Assembly: GCA_964432645.1 (NCBI GenBank) | Contig: CAYSOK010000002.1 | Location: forward strand, 1 to 33,892 | Direction of reading: 5' to 3' | Source of the DNA: an uncultured Bacteroidaceae bacterium | GTDB taxonomy: Bacteria > Bacteroidota > Bacteroidia > Bacteroidales > Bacteroidaceae | Length of the DNA stretch: 33,892 bases | Part shown: piece by piece, positions 1 through 7,466 of the stretch | How positions within the stretch are numbered: the first letter of the stretch is position 1 | Layout: each line of letters begins with the position of its first letter | Notes under the pieces: model-generated | Told to the model about the DNA's origin: nothing | Database searches by the model: none | Seen by the model: the letters and a program-made list of their open reading frames with translations, nothing else | Position numbers and translations under genes: made by a program

Positions 1-74
1 AAAAAGTACAGTGTTTTCTCTCGTGTACTGTCGGAAAACGGACCAAAAAGTACAGTGTTTTCTCTCGAGTACTC
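1..74 (+). repeat. Tandem direct repeat, cut by the window edge: 23-nt perfect repeat AAAAAGTACAGTGTTTTCTCTCG at 1-23 and 45-67, with a 44-nt period
   Basis: Read directly from the sequence. The copies stay similar to about 29 nt (nGTACT follows both) and then diverge. Copy 1 embeds the dyad AGTACA-N13-TGTACT. Copy 2 has AGTACA-N13-AGTACT. Confidence 0.8.
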
Positions 75-177
75 GCAGTAAATTATTGCAATCTTAGAGA
101 GAAAGATTTTTCGAAACAAGAGAACTTCAAACCATTCTACATGTAAGCTTTTTTCCTTATTCTAGAGAGATTTTTCT

Positions 178-421
178 CATCCTTCACCTTTCACCCTCGT
201 CCGGTGACACATTTTTTACAGGTTTCACGCATCTTTCAAAAAAGTGTCACACTTATTGATTATCACATTATTAAATCATCACACCTTATTATCTTTCACC
301 CACATCACCCCCTCAAAACGAAAAATCCGGAAAAACCGTCACATCCTTCACCTTTACTTCAAAGCCATTGATACAGTGAGAATTAAGGGTGAAAGCACAC
401 CCTTCACCCCCTTTCACCCAC
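178..421 (+). repeat. Non-coding TCAC/TTCACC-rich block with dispersed direct and inverted word repeats
   Basis: CATCCTTCACCTTT occurs at 178-191 and 342-355. CTTTCACCCAC occurs at 293-303 and 411-421. CTTTCACCC also occurs at 188-196, and its reverse complement GGGTGAAAG at 387-395. The inverted repeat GTGACACATTTTTT (204-217) / AAAAAAGTGTCAC (238-250) is also present. Confidence 0.7.
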
Positions 422-550
422 CATTTTGTAATAGATTATTCAACTTTTCAAGAAAATATTTCAACGAAAAAGCCTAAAGAAACGGGTAATATTCGTTCGT
501 TATCAAGCCTCCCACACGACACGTTTGATTGTTATTTTTTTCCTTTTTCA

Positions 551-582
551 CTTGGTCTTGTTCGTAAAATGATATAACTTTG
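551..582 (+). promoter_or_regulatory. Candidate Bacteroides-type promoter for the YfhO-family gene
   Basis: TAACTTTG at 575-582 matches the -7 consensus TAnnTTTG. CTTG at 551-554 lies 20 nt upstream and matches 3 of 4 positions of the -33 TTTG. The site is about 100 nt upstream of the ATG at 682. Confidence 0.4.
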
Positions 583-681
583 TATCGAAATTAAAGCAAC
601 AATGACAAGAAACGAGATACATACCATAAAAGAGCACCCTACTTGTCACAACAAAAAGGAATAAATAAAATAACATACAAA

Positions 682-3219
682 ATGAACATATTAAAAAAAA
701 TCGGCCCGGATGTAGCAGCGATAATCTTCTTTATCGTCCTATCCTTCGCCTACCTCTTTCCCGCATGCTTCGAAGGACGCGTACTGACGGGAAGTGACTC
801 CGCTGCCGGCGTAGGAGCCGGACGCGAAATTCGTGAGTACTATCTACAAACGGGCGAAAGCTCCCGCTGGACCAACGCACTGTTCGGCGGTATGCCCACC
901 TATCAATCAGCACCCTCCTACCCCGCAACCAATCTACTGTCGGACGTAGGAAACATATACCACCTCTTCCTTCCCACCTATGTATGGTACCTCTTCGTCA
1001 TGCTCTTGGGATTCTACATCCTGATGCGCGCCTTCAACTTTAAGAGTTGGATGTCAGCACTGGGAGCCGTACTGTGGACCTTCAGCAGCTACTTCTTCAT
1101 CATCATCGCTGCCGGACACATCTGGAAACTGTGGACACTGGCATACATCCCCCCAACCATCGCCGGTATGGTGCTGTGCTACCGCAAGAAATACCTTTGG
1201 GGAGCAGCCGTCACCGCCCTCTTTGTGGCGTTCCAAATCTCTGCCAACCATGTGCAGATGACCTACTACTTCCTCTTCCCCATGTTCTTCATGTTCCTCG
1301 CCTACCTGGCGCAAGCAATAAAGAACAAGGAACTGCCGGCATTCGCCAAAGGCACAGCCGCCCTCCTTTTGGGAGCCATTATCGGAGTGTGCGTCAACCT
1401 GAGCAACTTGTATCATACCTGGGAGTACAGCAAGGAAACCATGCGCGGCAAGAGTGAACTGGTAAGTACCACAAACCCAAGCAATCAGACCGATGGCGGA
1501 CTGGATCGCGACTACATCACTCAGTGGAGCTACGGCATAGGAGAAACCTTCTCCTTGATGGTGCCCAACGTGAAAGGTGGTGCTTCGGTACCCCTCGCGC
1601 TAAACCCCAAAGCGATGGAGAAAGCCGACCCCATGTACACTCCGCTCTACAACCAATTGGGACAATACTGGGGCGAACAACCGGGCACTTCGGGTCCGGT
1701 ATATGTGGGAGCCTTTGTGTGCCTGCTCTTTGTATTGGCACTCTTCTTGGTAAAAGGTCCCATGAAGTGGGCACTGCTTCTCTCCACTCTCCTCTCCTTC
1801 CTCCTCTCTTGGGGAAAGAATCTGCAAGGATTCACCGACCTCTTTATCGACTACATGCCTATGTATGCCAAGTTCCGTGCCGTATCTTCCATACTGGTTA
1901 TCGCGGAATTTACCATCCCACTGCTCGCCATCTTAGGCCTTAACGAATGGCTGAAGGCTGTGAAGGCAGGTACGCTGAAAGACAAGACATTGGCATTCGG
2001 AAAAGTCTCCCCGCTGACGGCTCTCTACATCAGTTTCATCGTCACCGGAGGTCTCTGTCTGTTGTTCGCCGTTGCACCTACCCTTTTCTTCTCCGATTAC
2101 GTATCAACAAGCGAAATGGAAGCACTGCAAAACGCCAACTTGGGCGAACATTTCTTGCCCATCTTGAACAACTTGAAACAGATGCGTATTGCCATCTTCA
2201 CGGCAGACGCATGGCGTAGCTTCGGTGTGATATTGATTGGCACACTGATTCTGTTGCTGGGCAACATGAAGAAGTGGGCATCACAGACGGTAACGGTACT
2301 CTTGTTGGCTCTCTGCTTGGTGGATATGTGGAGCGTAAACAAGCGCTACTTATACGACGATTTGTTTGAGTTTAAGATAAATAGCAACGATGACTATTTC
2401 CGTCAGTTGGGTTCACGCATACAACCGACCGTTGCCGATGAGGCCATACTGCAAGACAAGTCTCTCGACTACCGCGTACTAAACTTCTCTACCAATACGT
2501 TCAACGAAAACAACACCTCCTATTTTCACAAGAGCATCGGCGGATATCACGCAGCCAAACTGCGTCGTTATCAGGAGATGATTGAACACCATATTGCGCC
2601 CGAAATGACGGCCTTTGCTACGGAATTGCGGGCGACACAAGGCGATGTCACGAAGTTGAACGGTGGTGTAACTCCCGTACTAAACATGCTGAACACCAAA
2701 TACTTCATCTTTGGTCCGGAATCATATATCGAAAACCCGCACGCCTATGGCAACGCATGGTTCGTGAACAAGGTACAATACGTGCAGAACGCCAACGAAG
2801 AGATAGATGCCCTCAACACGGTATCCCCACGCACAACTGCTATTGTAGACAAGAAGTTTGAAACCGTCATCAAAAATGCCGGCACCCCCGACAGCACGGA
2901 CGTCATTCGTCTGGACAAATATCTGCCCAACGCCCTCAAATACACCGTAGAGAGTAAGCGCGGTGGCGTGGTGGTATTCAGTGAGATATACTATCCGGGA
3001 TGGGTTTCCACCATCGATGGACAACCGGTGGAACACGGACGTGCGGACTATATACTGCGCGCCATGAACGTGCCGGCGGGTAAGCACACCATAGAGTTCC
3101 GCTTCGATCCGCAGTCTCTGCACGTTACCGACAACATTTCTTATGTGGCTTTGGCGCTGCTGGCACTGCTGTTCATCGGTTCACTGGTGGTGGAATATCG
3201 CAAAAAGAAAAATGATTAA
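682..3219 (+). CDS. YfhO-family polytopic membrane protein (glycosyltransferase-like)
   Basis: ORF 643-3219. Position 643 is TTG and the first in-frame ATG is at 682 (MNILKKIGPDVAAIIFF...). The protein has many hydrophobic helices over about 560 aa, then a soluble C-terminal domain and a terminal TM anchor (ISYVALALLALLFIGSLVV). This is the typical Bacteroidota YfhO layout. Confidence 0.8.
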   Translation: MNILKKIGPDVAAIIFFIVLSFAYLFPACFEGRVLTGSDSAAGVGAGREIREYYLQTGESSRWTNALFGGMPTYQSAPSYPATNLLSDVGNIYHLFLPTYVWYLFVMLLGFYILMRAFNFKSWMSALGAVLWTFSSYFFIIIAAGHIWKLWTLAYIPPTIAGMVLCYRKKYLWGAAVTALFVAFQISANHVQMTYYFLFPMFFMFLAYLAQAIKNKELPAFAKGTAALLLGAIIGVCVNLSNLYHTWEYSKETMRGKSELVSTTNPSNQTDGGLDRDYITQWSYGIGETFSLMVPNVKGGASVPLALNPKAMEKADPMYTPLYNQLGQYWGEQPGTSGPVYVGAFVCLLFVLALFLVKGPMKWALLLSTLLSFLLSWGKNLQGFTDLFIDYMPMYAKFRAVSSILVIAEFTIPLLAILGLNEWLKAVKAGTLKDKTLAFGKVSPLTALYISFIVTGGLCLLFAVAPTLFFSDYVSTSEMEALQNANLGEHFLPILNNLKQMRIAIFTADAWRSFGVILIGTLILLLGNMKKWASQTVTVLLLALCLVDMWSVNKRYLYDDLFEFKINSNDDYFRQLGSRIQPTVADEAILQDKSLDYRVLNFSTNTFNENNTSYFHKSIGGYHAAKLRRYQEMIEHHIAPEMTAFATELRATQGDVTKLNGGVTPVLNMLNTKYFIFGPESYIENPHAYGNAWFVNKVQYVQNANEEIDALNTVSPRTTAIVDKKFETVIKNAGTPDSTDVIRLDKYLPNALKYTVESKRGGVVVFSEIYYPGWVSTIDGQPVEHGRADYILRAMNVPAGKHTIEFRFDPQSLHVTDNISYVALALLALLFIGSLVVEYRKKKND

Positions 3220-4120
3220 GAAGACCCTCATACTACTGCTGCTCATGGTGGGAGGTTTTTCCTCTCCATCAGTGGCCCAACTGCTCAATCAGAGTTACTT
3301 ACGATATATTGAGCAGTACCACAAAGCGGCTGTAGAACAGATGCGACTCTACAAGATTCCCGCGAGCATAACTCTTGCTCAGGGACTCTTGGAGAGTGGC
3401 GCGGGCGAGAGTTATCTGGCACGGGTTGCCAACAACCATTTCGGCATCAAGGTGTCGTCGGACTGGACGGGACCTTATGTGCTGCGCGATGATGATGCAC
3501 CCAACGAGAAGTTTCGCAAGTATCGAAATGCGGAACAGTCGTATGTGGATCATTCCGTCTTCTTGCAACGAAAACGCTATGCCTCGCTGTTCGATCTTAA
3601 AATAACCGACTACAAAGGTTGGGCGTACGGACTGAAACGGTGCGGATATGCCACGAGTCCCACCTATGCGCAAAATCTTATCACCATCATAGAGCGCTAT
3701 AACTTAACGCAATACGACCACAAAGGTGGCGCCTCGGTGAAGGAGTTGATGCGTGCCAACGCAACCATGATTGGTGGGTATAAGTTGTCAATAAACAACG
3801 GCATCCCCTACATACGTGCCCAACAGGGTGACAATCTCAAACGCATCAGCAAAGCGGTGGGAGTATCGGCTCGCAAATTGCGTAAGTACAATGAGTTGAG
3901 CAAGAATAGTGTACTGAACAACGGAGACATCATCTACCTGGAGTCCAAGAAGCGAAAAGCCTCCAAGGAGATGCGGCATAAGCAGCACGTGGTGCAACGC
4001 GGAGAGAGCATGTACAGCATAGCACAATCCTATGGCGTACGTCTTAAGAACCTCTACAAAATGAACCACTTAGATGCCGATGATGACATACAAGTGGGTA
4101 CACCGCTGCGCGTTCGTTAA
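3212..4120 (+). CDS. Secreted peptidoglycan hydrolase: N-acetylglucosaminidase domain plus two LysM domains
   Basis: The start is chosen at ATG 3212 (MIKKTLILLLLMVGGFSSPSVAQ, a signal peptide). It overlaps the upstream stop by 8 nt (ATGATTAA). The glucosaminidase motif is TLAQGLLESGAGES...NNHFGIK. The two LysM-like repeats are YIRAQQGDNLKRISK...GDIIYL and HVVQRGESMYSIAQSYGV...VGTPLRV. Confidence 0.85.
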   Translation: MIKKTLILLLLMVGGFSSPSVAQLLNQSYLRYIEQYHKAAVEQMRLYKIPASITLAQGLLESGAGESYLARVANNHFGIKVSSDWTGPYVLRDDDAPNEKFRKYRNAEQSYVDHSVFLQRKRYASLFDLKITDYKGWAYGLKRCGYATSPTYAQNLITIIERYNLTQYDHKGGASVKELMRANATMIGGYKLSINNGIPYIRAQQGDNLKRISKAVGVSARKLRKYNELSKNSVLNNGDIIYLESKKRKASKEMRHKQHVVQRGESMYSIAQSYGVRLKNLYKMNHLDADDDIQVGTPLRVR

Positions 4121-4126
4121 CAAGAT

Positions 4127-5650
4127 ATGAAGACACAGGAGAGAACGTATATAGCGATAGATTTGAAGTCGTTTTTCGCATCGGTGGAGTGTGTGGAACG
4201 GCAGCTGAATCCGCTCACCACACACTTGGTGGTGGCGGACGCATCGCGTACGGAGAAGACCATCTGCCTGGCCATCACCCCCTCCCTGAAACGCTACGGA
4301 CTGCCGGGACGCGCGCGATTGTTTGAGGTGGTGCAGAAGGTACGCGAAATCAACCAAAAAAGACGAGAACAGTCTCCCGGCGGAGGCTTCACCGGGAAAT
4401 CGGTGTACGAGGGGGAACTGACACAACACCCGGAATGGGCGTTGGACTATATTGTGGCTCCGCCGCGCATGGCTAAGTATCTGGAGTACAGTACTCGTAT
4501 CTATCAGATATACCTGCGCTACGTGGCGGCGGAGGATGTACACGTGTACTCCATAGACGAGGTCTTCATAGATGTTACACCTTATTTAAATACGTACCGC
4601 ATGTCGGCACACGACCTAGCGATGCGCATGATTCGAGAGGTGCTGCGAGAAACCGGCATAACGGCTACGGCAGGAATCGGTACCAATCTGTATCTCTGCA
4701 AGGTGGCTATGGATATTGTAGCCAAGCACATCGAACCGGATGCCGATGGGGTACGCATAGCGGAACTCAACGAACAAACGTATCGCGAACTGCTGTGGAA
4801 CCATCAACCACTGACCGACTTTTGGCGTGTGGGCAAGGGAACCGTAGCACGATTGGCACACTTCGGTATCTACACCATGGGGCAGTTGGCACGTGTGTCA
4901 CTGCACAACGAGGAGTTGCTGTATCGCATGTTTGGCGTAAATGCGGAACTGCTCATAGACCATGCTTGGGGCTACGAACCGTGTACCATCGAGGAGATTA
5001 AAGCGTACAAACCGGAGAGCAAATCCATCTGCAGCGGACAGGTATTGAGTTGTGCTTACTCGGTGGAGAAAGCGCGCATTGTGGTACAAGAAATGGTGGA
5101 GAATCTAGCTCTTAAACTCGTTGACAACAAGAAGGTTACCGACCAAATTATACTTTCCGTAGGCTACGATCGGGAGAGTCTCACTCGTCCGGAAATACGA
5201 GAACGGTATCTCGGAGACATCGTATCCGATCATTACGGGAGGGAAATACCGAAACCGGTACACGGAAGCATACGATTGGGCGGTCACACCTCTTCGGAAC
5301 GAGAGATTCGGGAGGCTACGCTATCGCTCTTTGACCGCATCGTAGAACCCTTCCTGCTGATTCGCCGTCTCAGCATCACCGCCAATCATATCGTAGCGGA
5401 AACATCGCTTGAGGAGAAGGAGGTCAAGGTGCCTTCGCAGCCTCAACTCGACCTATTCATAGACTACGAAAAACAGGAACAAGAGCGACTGAAAAAAGAG
5501 GGACAACGCGCTCGGGAACGGAAGATGCAAGAGGCACTGCTACACATAAAGAAGAAATTCGGTAAAAACTCCATACTCAAGGGGTTGAACTATGCAGAAG
5601 GAGCCACTGCCAAGGAACGAAATCAACAGATAGGAGGTCACAAAGCATGA
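4127..5650 (+). CDS. Y-family (translesion) DNA polymerase, UvrX/ImpB-like
   Basis: Catalytic motifs YIAIDLKSFFASVE and YSIDEVFIDVT are present. A perfect beta-clamp-binding pentapeptide QLDLF lies at aa 440-444 (nt 5444-5458), followed by a basic C-terminal tail. The gene starts 6 nt after the upstream stop. Confidence 0.9.
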   Translation: MKTQERTYIAIDLKSFFASVECVERQLNPLTTHLVVADASRTEKTICLAITPSLKRYGLPGRARLFEVVQKVREINQKRREQSPGGGFTGKSVYEGELTQHPEWALDYIVAPPRMAKYLEYSTRIYQIYLRYVAAEDVHVYSIDEVFIDVTPYLNTYRMSAHDLAMRMIREVLRETGITATAGIGTNLYLCKVAMDIVAKHIEPDADGVRIAELNEQTYRELLWNHQPLTDFWRVGKGTVARLAHFGIYTMGQLARVSLHNEELLYRMFGVNAELLIDHAWGYEPCTIEEIKAYKPESKSICSGQVLSCAYSVEKARIVVQEMVENLALKLVDNKKVTDQIILSVGYDRESLTRPEIRERYLGDIVSDHYGREIPKPVHGSIRLGGHTSSEREIREATLSLFDRIVEPFLLIRRLSITANHIVAETSLEEKEVKVPSQPQLDLFIDYEKQEQERLKKEGQRARERKMQEALLHIKKKFGKNSILKGLNYAEGATAKERNQQIGGHKA

Positions 5651-6045
5651 AAGATTCTTACGAAGACATCATCCACCTGGAACGACCGGTTTCCACCCGT
5701 CACACCCCCATGCCGCTACGCAATCGCGCGGCACAATTTGCTCCGTTTGCAGCCCTCAACGGGCACGAAGAGGCGATACAAGAGGCGGGACGATTTACGG
5801 AGGAAGCGGTGGAACTAACCGAGAGTGAAGTGGGACTGCTGGACAGAACGTTGCAGGAGGTACTCTCGCGTCCGGAACAACCGGTAAGCATCACCTATTT
5901 TGTACCGGATGCCACCAAGCAAGGCGGTTCGTATGCCACGGTGACAGAGTGTATCAAAGAGTGGAACGAATGGGAGCGGGTGCTGATTCTGCGCAACGGA
6001 TTACACATACCCTTGGACACGGTTTTACGATTGGACGAGATGTAG
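5647..6045 (+). CDS. YolD-like protein (accessory partner of Y-family polymerases)
   Basis: The ATGA start/stop overlap with the polymerase gene lies at 5647-5650. The N-terminal signature RPVS..HTPMPLRNRAAQFAPFAALNGHEE is typical of the YolD-like family. Confidence 0.75.
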   Translation: MKDSYEDIIHLERPVSTRHTPMPLRNRAAQFAPFAALNGHEEAIQEAGRFTEEAVELTESEVGLLDRTLQEVLSRPEQPVSITYFVPDATKQGGSYATVTECIKEWNEWERVLILRNGLHIPLDTVLRLDEM

Positions 6046-6196
6046 AGAGGAGCTGTTTTAACGGGTTCAAAGGGCATTTTTCTGTATATAATAGGTAAAA
6101 AACGCTACAAAAACGTACTTTTTCGCCAAAAATATTTCCCATGTCACAATATTTCCGTAATTTCGTGTGGAATTCTACAAACGAACAATTGCGGAT

Positions 6197-6676
6197 ATGA
6201 TGAATGCATGGAAAAAAACACTAGGTGTACTGCTGCTGTCAGCCTTTACGGTACTGCCAACGGTAGCGCAGAAGAGTGATAAGAATATAGAGTTGAAGAC
6301 GAACTATGTGATTCGTGAACTCAAGTTGAACAAGACCAAAGCGGCACAATTCAAGCCGCTCTGCATAGCCTATCTCAAAGATATGCGCACGGCGAAATCG
6401 GCCTACTCTACCCTGAAGGATGATCTCAAAAAAGCCATCAAAAGCAAGAGTATCACGGAGGCGCAGGCAGAAAAGCTGATTGCTGCGCACAATACATCGG
6501 ACGAGAAAGAGGTGCAGGTGAAGAAGAAGCATACACCGCTCTTCCGCAAGGTGCTGAGTGCCAAGGAAACGTATTATGCGTTCGACTATGCCGGCGACAG
6601 CATGAAGAAGGTGAACGAGAAGATGGGTACCGCGTCCAAGAAGAGTAAGGACAAGGACGAGGATGAGGACGATTGA
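6197..6676 (+). CDS. Hypothetical secreted Lys-rich protein (possibly Spy/CpxP-like periplasmic protein)
   Basis: ORF 6167-6676 begins with GTG. The first ATG at 6197 gives MMNAWKKTLGVLLLSAFTVLPTVAQ, a signal peptide. The mature part is helical and Lys/Glu-rich with an acidic DKDEDEDD tail. The family assignment is tentative. Confidence 0.6.
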   Translation: MMNAWKKTLGVLLLSAFTVLPTVAQKSDKNIELKTNYVIRELKLNKTKAAQFKPLCIAYLKDMRTAKSAYSTLKDDLKKAIKSKSITEAQAEKLIAAHNTSDEKEVQVKKKHTPLFRKVLSAKETYYAFDYAGDSMKKVNEKMGTASKKSKDKDEDEDD

Positions 6677-6691
6677 TTCACGGGGCGCAAT

Positions 6692-7462
6692 ATGATATTC
6701 TATTTTTCCGGTACGGGAAATACCCGATGGGTGGCTGAGCGACTGACAGAAGAGGTGCGCGGAAAGTGCATCGATATGGCTCCGTATATGCAGGGCGAGG
6801 AGATGCCGTCGTTCCGATTGATGACGGATGAACGTGTGGGATTTTGCTTCCCGGTTCATGCGTGGGGAGTACCTCCGGTGGTGGTACACTTCATCGAGCG
6901 ATTGCAGTTGGAGAATTATCGCAGCAACTACTTCTATTTTTGCTGCACGTGCGGCGATGATATTGGAAAGACGCGTGAGGAAATGGAACGTCTTATGGCG
7001 TTGAAGGGTTGGCAGTTGCAGGCGGGATACTCGGTACAGATGCCGAACACGTATGTGGCTCTCCCGGGATTCGATGTAGACTCGGAGGCGGTGCAGAACG
7101 AGAAGTTGCACCGAGCACAGGCGTGGGTGTCACGCGTGGCGGACTTTGTGGTGGAGCGTAAATGCACGTTTCACATCACTCCGGGAGCGTTTGCGTGGAT
7201 GAAGTCGAAGGTTTTCAAGCCTTTCTTCTTTTCCCACTTGGTGAAGGAGAAGAAGTTCCGGGTGGATGCGTCCAAATGCGTACACTGTGGTAAATGTGTG
7301 GAACACTGTCCGTTGCAAAACATGAAATTGGTCAACGAGGTACCGACATGGCAGGGACACTGCTGCGGTTGCTTGGGGTGCTATCATGTTTGTCCGACAC
7401 ACGCCATTGACTACGGTGGCGGCACGCGCAAAAAGGGACAGTATTATCATAAAGGAGAATGA
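6692..7462 (+). CDS. Flavodoxin-like / 2x[4Fe-4S] ferredoxin fusion protein (EFR1-family-like)
   Basis: The N-terminus MIFYFSGTGNTRWVAE is a flavodoxin-type loop. The C-terminus carries two CxxCxxCxxxCP cluster motifs, CVHCGKCVEHCP and CCGCLGCYHVCP. Confidence 0.8.
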   Translation: MIFYFSGTGNTRWVAERLTEEVRGKCIDMAPYMQGEEMPSFRLMTDERVGFCFPVHAWGVPPVVVHFIERLQLENYRSNYFYFCCTCGDDIGKTREEMERLMALKGWQLQAGYSVQMPNTYVALPGFDVDSEAVQNEKLHRAQAWVSRVADFVVERKCTFHITPGAFAWMKSKVFKPFFFSHLVKEKKFRVDASKCVHCGKCVEHCPLQNMKLVNEVPTWQGHCCGCLGCYHVCPTHAIDYGGGTRKKGQYYHKGE

Positions 7463-7466
7463 TTGA

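Noticed and set aside
1-88. Possible CRISPR array at the left edge (repeat-spacer-repeat appearance)
   Set aside because: Only two copies are visible. The conserved unit is 23-29 nt with spacers of only 15-21 nt, below normal CRISPR spacer length. No cas gene lies in the window and nothing resembles the 36- or 47-nt repeats known in Bacteroidota. It is kept as an unexplained tandem repeat instead.
181-419. Invertible promoter (inverton) flanked by CTTTCACCC / GGGTGAAAG upstream of the YfhO gene
   Set aside because: The inverted repeats are only 9 bp. I find no TAnnTTTG promoter element in either orientation between them. No site-specific recombinase gene is in the window.
244-577. ORFs 244-477 (77 aa) and 389-577 (62 aa) in the left non-coding region
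   Set aside because: The first starts at GTG. Both translate the TCAC/TTCACC repeats into low-complexity His/Thr/Phe/Pro-rich strings. Neither has a signal peptide or a recognisable motif, and they overlap each other in different frames.
643-681. Longer N-termini offered by the ORF track (643 for YfhO, 3143 for the glucosaminidase, 6167 for the small secreted protein, 16135 for DUF4494)
   Set aside because: The 643 and 6167 extensions begin at non-ATG codons (TTG, GTG). The 3143 extension lies inside the upstream gene, and the 16135 extension runs through the promoter element. The downstream ATGs (682, 3212, 6197, 16216) give canonical signal peptides or conserved family N-termini.
6239-7111. 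290-aa minus-strand ORF spanning two plus-strand genes
   Set aside because: It is a codon-aligned antisense shadow of both genes, which share a frame. The sequence is Arg/Leu/His-rich and junk-like. It crosses an intergenic gap by chance.
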